Below are positions 1 through 6,797 of a stretch of DNA of 10,627 nucleotides, one piece after another. The stretch lies in NCBI GenBank assembly GCA_028700115.1, contig JAQVTI010000019.1:1-10627 (forward strand), read 5' to 3'. Under the pieces are notes generated by a model. That model was not told the origin of the DNA. It was given only the letters and a program-made list of their open reading frames with translations, and made no database searches. Origin of the DNA: Candidatus Iainarchaeum sp. (lineage in GTDB: Archaea > Iainarchaeota > Iainarchaeia > Iainarchaeales > CSSED10-239). The translations under genes were made by a program, and so were the position numbers. Each line of letters opens with the position of its first letter. The stretch's first letter is position 1.

Positions 1-1054
1 CATTAATATATTCATTTAAAAAACAAACTAGCTTTGGATGTAAACTTGATTCAATTTCATCAATTACTAAAATTCCCCCTGCATTTATATGATGAACTAT
101 AGCTGCAGCTTTTTCAATAAATTCAATGGTGCCTTCTGATTCGTCTTCAAACAAATTAAATCTTTTGAATTTTAATTCATTATTCTTATCAAGATATTCA
201 TGAATTGAATAAAACTCATAATTTTCTTCTGATAATGCTTTTTCTCTTATGCTATTAGCTTTATCTATTCCTTCTTTTTCTTCTACATATTTTATAAAAT
301 AATCAAAGAAATCATTTTTGGTTATTGGATTTCCATTGTCTTTTTTATCAATTACAATATCTTTTATCTTAATTCCCACATTTTGTAACTTCGAAACTAT
401 ATCGGTCTTAAATTCCGGATTATTAATCATTATTTTTGGTAATAATATCTCATTTTCTCTCAAATTACTAATAAAACTCAATTTTTCAGCAATAAAAAAA
501 TATAGTGCCTTACATGCTTCGAAACCCCAATCTGCAGCAACTGACAAATACAATTTATTTTCATTTGTTCTTTTAGATAAAGTATCTTGTTCTTTTAGAT
601 TTATTCCGAATTTAAATTCTTGTTGATTTCTAAAAAATATTTCTTTTTGTAGACAGTTATCAGTAAGATATAAATATTCTTTATATATTTTATTTTCATC
701 TAATGAAAAGCCGTATTTGTATATTTTATTATCTATAAGAAGACTAATTTCAAATTCTGAAGGTTCATTAATTGTATTTTCATCTAATTTAAATGGTTTA
801 TATTTTAATTTTTTATTTAATTCAAATTTATTACTTGATACAATTAGATAATTTATATAATATAATGCTTCAATTAGATTAGATTTCCCTGAAGAATTAG
901 GACCACTAATTAAAATGGATTTAAGAATTTTAGGGTGTTTTTTATTTTTAGTAAAAATTATATTTTTATTTCCTTTATTAATTAATCTACACATAGATAA
1001 ATTTATTTCATTTTTTATAGATTTAAAGTTTTTTATTTTCAATTCTAATAACAT
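1..1054 (-). CDS. AAA family ATPase (AAA_15/AAA_21, COG1106-like; RloC/AbiL-type), C-terminus truncated by window start
   Basis: Not in the supplied ORF track. Manual minus-strand translation from ATG at 1054..1052 stays open to position 1 (351 codons + 1 nt): MLLELKIKNFKSIKNEINLS...KSILISGPNSSGKSNLIEALLYY...EDESEGTIEFIEKAAAIVHHINAGGILVIDEIESSLHPKLVCFLNEYIN... It has Walker A GPNSSGKS, an ABC-signature-like SEGT, Walker B ILVIDEIE and the LHP motif. A Shine-Dalgarno-like AAAAGGTGA (plus-strand 1061-1069) lies 6 nt before the ATG. Confidence 0.9.
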   Translation of the reverse strand, partial: MLLELKIKNFKSIKNEINLSMCRLINKGNKNIIFTKNKKHPKILKSILISGPNSSGKSNLIEALYYINYLIVSSNKFELNKKLKYKPFKLDENTINEPSEFEISLLIDNKIYKYGFSLDENKIYKEYLYLTDNCLQKEIFFRNQQEFKFGINLKEQDTLSKRTNENKLYLSVAADWGFEACKALYFFIAEKLSFISNLRENEILLPKIMINNPEFKTDIVSKLQNVGIKIKDIVIDKKDNGNPITKNDFFDYFIKYVEEKEGIDKANSIREKALSEENYEFYSIHEYLDKNNELKFKRFNLFEDESEGTIEFIEKAAAIVHHINAGGILVIDEIESSLHPKLVCFLNEYIN

Positions 1055-1060
1055 TATCAC

Positions 1061-1069
1061 TCACCTTTT
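1061..1069 (-). promoter_or_regulatory. Ribosome-binding site for the AAA ATPase gene
   Basis: Plus strand tcacctttt = minus strand AAAAGGTGA, 6-nt spacer to ATG at 1054. Confidence 0.6.
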
Positions 1070-1270
1070 ACATATATATTATTGAGGAGTAATGTTTATA
1101 AATAGTTTATTTTAACTGTTTTTTAGATTTTGTGTGAAAATAAACAAAAAATAACCATTAAACGCTGTAAAATACACGAAAAAAACAAAATTTGCGTTTT
1201 TGTGAGTCATTTTAGTTATGTATAAAAGAGCGAAGGATTTTATAAAAAACAGAAAAATGTAATCTAATCA

Positions 1271-1286
1271 TGTTCTAATTAGAACA
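1271..1286. promoter_or_regulatory. 16-bp perfect palindrome TGTTCTAATTAGAACA, candidate operator
   Basis: Sequence equals its own reverse complement. It is intergenic, between the end of the nuclease-like gene (1406) and the start of the AAA ATPase gene (1054). No U-tract follows it directly on either strand, which argues against a simple terminator. Confidence 0.45.
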
Positions 1287-1405
1287 CCATATTTTGAAAT
1301 ATTTTTTGTACATCTTCAACTTTTTTTCTCAAAAATCTCAATTTCACAAAATTTAAAGGATTAAAAATTCGTTAAAGTAACACACTATAAAATTTAATAT
1401 ATATC

Positions 1406-2047
1406 TTACTTACTATTTAACCAATCACCAATTAATTTATCATATTTTGCGATTATTGGCTTTGATTCAGCAATTGGAATATTATAAGTTTCTCTTAACC
1501 AATAAACTAGTGGTTGTGGAATATAATTTACTTCTTCGTTATTATTTTCATCATCTTCAGAAAAAATAATCTGTAAATTAGTATTAATCATTTCTTCAGC
1601 AACTTCTAAATCCTCATATAATTCTTTAAATTTATCGGGATTTATTTTTGATTTATCTACAACTAATAATAAAACTGCACAAGGATAATTATCAAAAAAA
1701 GCATTTATCTGTTTATCTTTTACCCCTGTATTATCTTCAAAAATACCCGTTCTTCTATATTTAACTTCTAACAATTCGGGTTCAAAATTATTTTTAACTA
1801 TTAAAAAATCAGGCATTCTTCTTACAAAATCGAAAGAATTTTCAAACTTTGGATCTGAATATTTTAATTTAAAGTTTCCCCCGCACCGTTTTATAAAATT
1901 TTGTAATTGAGTAATTGGCTCTACCTGATGTTCTTGCCCATATTTCATTACAAAAAAACCTAGTTCTTTAAATAACTCATCAGCAATACATTCTGCAATT
2001 CTGCCTTTGATTGTTGCATTTATATCTCTTTCGACTGATTCAATCAT
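1406..2047 (-). CDS. Putative PD-(D/E)xK nuclease-like protein, last gene of cassette (213 aa)
   Basis: Complete ORF. N-terminal helix KGRIAECIADELFKELGFFV, then FDFVRRMPDFLIVKNNFEPELLEVKYRRTG, which fits a PD...ExK pattern (D in MPDFLIV, E-x-K in LLEVKYR). ATGA overlap with the upstream methylase gene. SD-like AAGAGG at plus-strand 2055-2060, 7 nt before the ATG. Confidence 0.6.
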   Translation of the reverse strand: MIESVERDINATIKGRIAECIADELFKELGFFVMKYGQEHQVEPITQLQNFIKRCGGNFKLKYSDPKFENSFDFVRRMPDFLIVKNNFEPELLEVKYRRTGIFEDNTGVKDKQINAFFDNYPCAVLLLVVDKSKINPDKFKELYEDLEVAEEMINTNLQIIFSEDDENNNEEVNYIPQPLVYWLRETYNIPIAESKPIIAKYDKLIGDWLNSK

Positions 2048-5000
2048 TTTATGCCCTCTTCAACAATCTTAATCTCTTCAGGAGTTAATTCATATAACTT
2101 ATAAACCAATTGATCAATCTCTTTTTCTAACCTCTTAACTTTAGCTTGTTTATCTAGATTTTTCAGATAATCTTCATCTTTAGTAATTAACAAAATTTGA
2201 TCAACTAATTGAATGAACGGTTTTTGCTTTTCAGGAGATATTTGTTTGATTGGAATTTCTTTGACACTAGGAATATCAAAACCTAAATAACCTCCTGAAA
2301 GATGTTTACTCTCGAATTTAGTATAATACCAATAACTCATTAAAGATGAATTCAAAATGCTAATTAAAAACTTAGAATTTATTAAAAAATCAGTTAAAAT
2401 ATTTACTTTACCACCATAGTATTCTTGAGGAACTAATGTGCACCTTATTTTTTTAGTCATTCTAGCAAAGAATATTTTTTCCTTTTTGAAATTATTCTGC
2501 ACATTAATCGGAAAAATTTCTTTTGGAATGTAACTATTTAAATCCTTTAAAACATATTTTAAAATATTAGATGATTGTATTACTAAATTATATTCTTCTT
2601 TTTTTGTTTCAGAGAGACTAAAAAATTCTTTTTCTTTTATTATTTTTTTTCCAAAACCTCCTGCTGAAGTGCCACAAAAGATATTACAAAAATCAATTAA
2701 TTTAGTACTAATTGCAGAAACTTTACTAATTATTTTATTTTCTTCAGTTACTGGAATTCTATAATTATCTTCTTTTACCGATTTTTGTTCAATCAAGAAA
2801 CCGCTCTTTGTTAATTTATTTAAATTATCACATCTTACTATTTCAATATTATTATCAATATTATTTTTTATAAATAAATTTATACAAGTATATGTTGAAG
2901 CTTCTGCAAAGACTTTAATATGTGATACATCAACAATTCTTTTTATAATATAATTTTCAACCAATAATTTTCTTATTCCCAACCCTGAATCTGCAGATAA
3001 GTATTGATACGGATTAATATAAGCTAAGATAGAGTTTTTACGAAGAACAGACATACCCAATTCTATAAAATATACATAAATACTACCTGTTTTTGTAGTG
3101 TTATATATCTCAAAATTATTTAATCCTGTTCTTGTAGTTTCATCAATTTTTCTATAATCTATATAAGGTGGATTTCCAATCACAACATCAAATCCAGGAT
3201 TTTCTCTTTGAAAGACTTCTGCAAAATATAATTTCCATAAAAAGAATGGTTTGCTTTTGCTTTTCATAATTGAATCAAGTTTTTTTATAGCTTCGTCATT
3301 TCCTTGCTGTTTAAGTGTTGCTTCAATTAATTCCCATTCTAATTCTTCAATTTCTTTTTTTAATTGTTTTTTAGTATCTCTATCAAATGAATTAAAAAAT
3401 TCTTTTTGTTTGGCTTTCAGTTTATTTAATTTTATTTTTGCTTCGTCTCTTGTTACTTTATCAAAATTAGTTAAAGTCAAGTTTGTATTTTTAATCTCTG
3501 GTTTTGCGGTTAATTTATTCTTTTCTCGTTCTAATTTCTTAATGGATTTCTTTAATTCTTCTTTATTGGCTTTTGATTTTCCAGTCTCTATTTGCCCAAT
3601 TTGTAAGTATAACGAATTGATCTCCTTATCAATTCTATCAAGTTCTGGTTTAATATCTTTAATTTCTTCTCCAAGAAGTAAATCATCAAATAATTTCATC
3701 CCTTCAAATTCTTCTAACAAACTATTTCCACACATAATTTTATTGTCTAAATTAGGAAGTGGTTTTATTTTCTTTCTATCAACTTCATCAACCACCAAAG
3801 AAAGCCAAAATCTTAATTGACAAATATCTACTGCAGATGGCATAATATCTACACCATAAAGAGAATTTTCTATACATTCTCTTTTTATTTCAGAAATATC
3901 TCTATCTGTTTCAAAATAAACGGATAATATAGAACGAGCCTTCACAATCTCATTCATCATTCCAACAGGAAATGCACCTGAACCAACAGCGGGATCAACC
4001 ACCTTAATTGTTCTCAACAATTCATCAACAAGTTGATAATTTTCTTCAATTGATTTAGGAATTACATATTCTGAATCAACACCATAGACTTTCCCATGAT
4101 ATTTTTTCTTATGTTCTTGTGCTTTAATTGTTTGGTCTAAGTATTTATCTCCTTCTTGAATAAACTTTTCAATATCTGTTCTAGGAATTGAAGAATTTGT
4201 CTCTAAATAATTTATCAAAGATTGCTGACACATGTAATGAACTATCTCTCTAGGAGTATAAAATGCACCAATTGATCTTCTATCGGTCACTTCTAATAAA
4301 TTCTCAAATACTTTACCAAGCATTTCAGGGTCTACTGCAACTTCTTTTTCTAAAGGTTCATCTTCTTTTACTGTGAAATTAAATTCATCAAAAGTTCTAA
4401 AAATATCTTCAAATATAGAATTTTCAATGTAAATATTAGTATTCATCCAATCATAACCATCAAGCGGCTCAAATAATCCACCATTTAAGAACGGAATTTT
4501 GCAATCAAACTTATCTGAAAAATCATCATTTCTTTTTATTGCAAGAGTATTATAAAATAATGGTTCTAAAACATCATTAAAAAAATTATTATAAGAACAA
4601 TATTCTCTATTAAATAATCTTTTCATAAAATCTTTTGGGCCGGTTCCCCAATCTCTAAATTTTCCTAAATCATCTTTTTTTACACCAAGCCAACCTTTTT
4701 TTTGTAAGAAATATAAGAAAACTATCTGCCCTAGTAGCTTCTTTGAAAATTCCACAACATACTTTTCAAGATTTTCTTCTCCTGCAACATTAACAAACTC
4801 TGTTTTAACCACTGCATTATTTTTAATGACTTTCTCCAAAGATTCTTTTAAATCCAAAAATCTCTTTTTATACTCTTCAAAAAATTCTTTAGTGACTTTT
4901 TCAATTCCAAAAGATTTTTCAATTTCTTCAAATAAAGGATCGTGGTCGCTAGATAATAAATCTACGAATTGTTTTTTACAAGTGTGATTTGGTTCGTTCG

Positions 5001-5466
5001 GACCTACAAGATAAGAATATCTTTTTGCAGGAGTCAGCTCTTTTTTTGCTTTAAGATTGCCTTTATCATCCTTAATTAGATTATATTCTAATTTTACAAA
5101 TGAAAATCGCCAGTCTTTTTCATCATCATAAAATGCGACAATTGCCCCCTCTGGTTCATCGGAATTTTTTACAAGCCATTTAGCAATGAAATTTCTTTGC
5201 ATAGTTCTTGCTCTTTCAAGAGAAGAATGTTTTGCAAGCTTTATAGCAAGAAATTCCATAGATTTTCCTGCTTTATCTTTATATTGTCCTAATTTTTCAA
5301 CCTTTAATATATAATCTCTAAATTCTCCCTCTACAAATTTGGTTTTATCTTGAATATTAAGATCTGAATTCTTTACTAACTCTTTTAAAAAGTTTAAAAA
5401 CTTTAAAATATCAAATTCAGAATTAAATGTTTCATCTAATAACCATTTTGCTTGTTGTTCGTTCAT
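2044..5466 (-). CDS. Eco57I/PglX-like N6-adenine DNA methyltransferase with C-terminal TaqI-like target-recognition region (1140 aa)
   Basis: Motif I VVDPAVGSGAFPVGMM, acidic motif SLYGVDIMPSAVDICQLRFWLS, motif IV GNPPYIDYRK, conserved GKVFENLLEVTDRRSIGAFYTPREIVHYM segment, and a C-terminal region (ILNSSLMSYWYYTKFESKHLSGGYLGFDIPSVKEIPI) typical of Eco57I/TaqI-type specificity domains. Confidence 0.9.
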   Translation of the reverse strand: MNEQQAKWLLDETFNSEFDILKFLNFLKELVKNSDLNIQDKTKFVEGEFRDYILKVEKLGQYKDKAGKSMEFLAIKLAKHSSLERARTMQRNFIAKWLVKNSDEPEGAIVAFYDDEKDWRFSFVKLEYNLIKDDKGNLKAKKELTPAKRYSYLVGPNEPNHTCKKQFVDLLSSDHDPLFEEIEKSFGIEKVTKEFFEEYKKRFLDLKESLEKVIKNNAVVKTEFVNVAGEENLEKYVVEFSKKLLGQIVFLYFLQKKGWLGVKKDDLGKFRDWGTGPKDFMKRLFNREYCSYNNFFNDVLEPLFYNTLAIKRNDDFSDKFDCKIPFLNGGLFEPLDGYDWMNTNIYIENSIFEDIFRTFDEFNFTVKEDEPLEKEVAVDPEMLGKVFENLLEVTDRRSIGAFYTPREIVHYMCQQSLINYLETNSSIPRTDIEKFIQEGDKYLDQTIKAQEHKKKYHGKVYGVDSEYVIPKSIEENYQLVDELLRTIKVVDPAVGSGAFPVGMMNEIVKARSILSVYFETDRDISEIKRECIENSLYGVDIMPSAVDICQLRFWLSLVVDEVDRKKIKPLPNLDNKIMCGNSLLEEFEGMKLFDDLLLGEEIKDIKPELDRIDKEINSLYLQIGQIETGKSKANKEELKKSIKKLEREKNKLTAKPEIKNTNLTLTNFDKVTRDEAKIKLNKLKAKQKEFFNSFDRDTKKQLKKEIEELEWELIEATLKQQGNDEAIKKLDSIMKSKSKPFFLWKLYFAEVFQRENPGFDVVIGNPPYIDYRKIDETTRTGLNNFEIYNTTKTGSIYVYFIELGMSVLRKNSILAYINPYQYLSADSGLGIRKLLVENYIIKRIVDVSHIKVFAEASTYTCINLFIKNNIDNNIEIVRCDNLNKLTKSGFLIEQKSVKEDNYRIPVTEENKIISKVSAISTKLIDFCNIFCGTSAGGFGKKIIKEKEFFSLSETKKEEYNLVIQSSNILKYVLKDLNSYIPKEIFPINVQNNFKKEKIFFARMTKKIRCTLVPQEYYGGKVNILTDFLINSKFLISILNSSLMSYWYYTKFESKHLSGGYLGFDIPSVKEIPIKQISPEKQKPFIQLVDQILLITKDEDYLKNLDKQAKVKRLEKEIDQLVYKLYELTPEEIKIVEEGIK

Positions 5467-6797
5467 TTTAACTCATACCACACATTATTTCCAGCACCTT
5501 TTTTAACTATCCTATTATTTTCAATTAAATAATTTAAGTCTCTTGATGCTATTTCTCTACTAATATTAAATTTAGATTGTATTAATTTACTCTTTATTTT
5601 TTTATTTTCTTCTAAATAAGAAATTATCCAATTTTGTCTTATTAACGGATTTGTGTCAACATTTGTGTCAACATTTGTGTCAACATTAACATTTGATTTA
5701 CTTCTATAGAAAATAACGCTAAAACCATATTCTAAAACTTCAAACTCAACTTTGACACCTTGAGAAGCACACTCTTCATATATCCTACGAAGCCCCGAAC
5801 CCCATTTCTCAACATCTTCACTTAAAAAAAGAATATTTGCAATTAAAGGATTACGCAAAATAGAAGGCAAGTCTTTTTTTACAAAATCAATGGGTTTATA
5901 TCCTTCGGGAAAATTACCAGGATTCCAAATTTCAACCCTGTCTTTATAAATTGCAATCTTATTACTTTCAGGAGCAGTATAATCTCTATGACAAAAAGAA
6001 TTAACCAATGCTTCTTTTAATGCACGAATAGGAATTTCTGGAATTTCTATTCTTTTACTTCCAGATAGATCTGCTCTCCAATTTATACGCTCTTTAATAT
6101 ATGATTCACAACTTTCAAGCAATTCTACAATATTTCCTTCATATTGTTTTATATCTAAAAAAGTCATTTTTGTGGTTCCTGCAAAAACGGCTAATTGAAC
6201 TTCAACAGGTTTATTTTTTGAAAATAATACAACAGACGCATTAGTTAAAGAATTATTTTTAATTAAATTTAACTTTTCTAAAATTTCTTTTACTGATGTA
6301 AATTTATAATTTATTCTTTTAGATGTATTTGCTTTATCCAAATAATTCTTCAATGTTCTTTCAGAAATAGACTTAATTTTTTCAATAGCTTCAAAAGAAT
6401 CCCATTTTAATTGACTTTTTTGCTGTATTCGTTTTTCAATTTCTTTAGCAGACATAATTTTATCTTCATCTGCAATCCTAATATATGCTCTTCCAAAAGC
6501 ATAATATATCGGTTCATTACCTATAAATTTTACAACAATACAATCTTTATTATTTATTTTTGCTTTTTTAATTTCAGGATAAATTTTTGGTTCAATTGAA
6601 TTAGCTATTTTTTGAGAAATATCTCGTAATGTTTTTTCAGACACATCTTGACCTAAAACCTCGCCTTTAGGACTAATCCCAAAAATTAATTCTCCAGAAC
6701 TATGTTTGTTCAAAATTGAAACTATTGAATTAATTGCTTCATTCAATTCAGATGTTGATCTCTTCAATTCTAAAATTTCTGATTCAACATATTTCAT
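5463..6797 (-). CDS. AlbA_2/Schlafen-like + GHKL ATPase (HATPase_c_4) + winged-helix protein, COG2865-like predicted regulator/ATP-binding protein (444 aa)
   Basis: N-terminus ESEILELKRSTSELNEAINSIVSILNKHSSGELIFGISPKGEVLGQ (AlbA_2 pattern); IPIRALKEALVNSFCHRDYTAPESNKIAIYKDRVEIWNPGNFPEG and SEDVEKWGSGLRRIYEEC (Bergerat-fold N/G boxes); C-terminal HTH-like SKLIQSKFNISREIASRDLNYLIENNRIVKKG. ATGA overlap on both sides. SD-like GGAG at plus-strand 6809-6812. Confidence 0.87.
   Translation of the reverse strand: MKYVESEILELKRSTSELNEAINSIVSILNKHSSGELIFGISPKGEVLGQDVSEKTLRDISQKIANSIEPKIYPEIKKAKINNKDCIVVKFIGNEPIYYAFGRAYIRIADEDKIMSAKEIEKRIQQKSQLKWDSFEAIEKIKSISERTLKNYLDKANTSKRINYKFTSVKEILEKLNLIKNNSLTNASVVLFSKNKPVEVQLAVFAGTTKMTFLDIKQYEGNIVELLESCESYIKERINWRADLSGSKRIEIPEIPIRALKEALVNSFCHRDYTAPESNKIAIYKDRVEIWNPGNFPEGYKPIDFVKKDLPSILRNPLIANILFLSEDVEKWGSGLRRIYEECASQGVKVEFEVLEYGFSVIFYRSKSNVNVDTNVDTNVDTNPLIRQNWIISYLEENKKIKSKLIQSKFNISREIASRDLNYLIENNRIVKKGAGNNVWYELK
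5650..5685. repeat. Three perfect tandem copies of a 12-bp unit (tttgtgtcaaca) encoding the (NVDT)n linker
   Basis: Plus strand reads tttgtgtcaaca x3 at 5650-5661, 5662-5673 and 5674-5685. The translated protein reads NVNVDTNVDTNVDTNP between the ATPase and winged-helix domains. Confidence 0.95.

Noticed and set aside
318-626. Plus-strand 102-aa ORF
   Set aside because: Entirely antisense to the AAA ATPase frame with clear motifs; low-complexity hydrophobic translation typical of the complement of an AT-rich coding region.
1218-1262. 14-codon plus-strand reading frame MYKRAKDFIKNRKM in the intergenic gap
   Set aside because: Too short and lacks a clear ribosome-binding site; indistinguishable from chance.
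1271-1286. Palindrome interpreted as a Rho-independent terminator of the cassette
   Set aside because: Stem is AT-rich (4 G/C of 16), has essentially no loop, and no immediate poly-U tract follows on the minus strand. An operator is more plausible.
3251-3820. Plus-strand 189-aa ORF
   Set aside because: Antisense to the lysine/glutamate-rich coiled-coil part of the methylase. Its Leu/Ser/Phe-rich composition is the expected mirror image of K/E-rich codons; no recognisable domain.
5650-5685. 12-bp tandem array as a CRISPR or mobile-element repeat
   Set aside because: Unit is too short, there are no spacers, and it is in frame within a well-supported protein as an NVDT linker.
6411-6599. Plus-strand 62-aa ORF
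   Set aside because: Antisense to the AlbA_2 domain coding region, short, F/I/N-rich, no domain.
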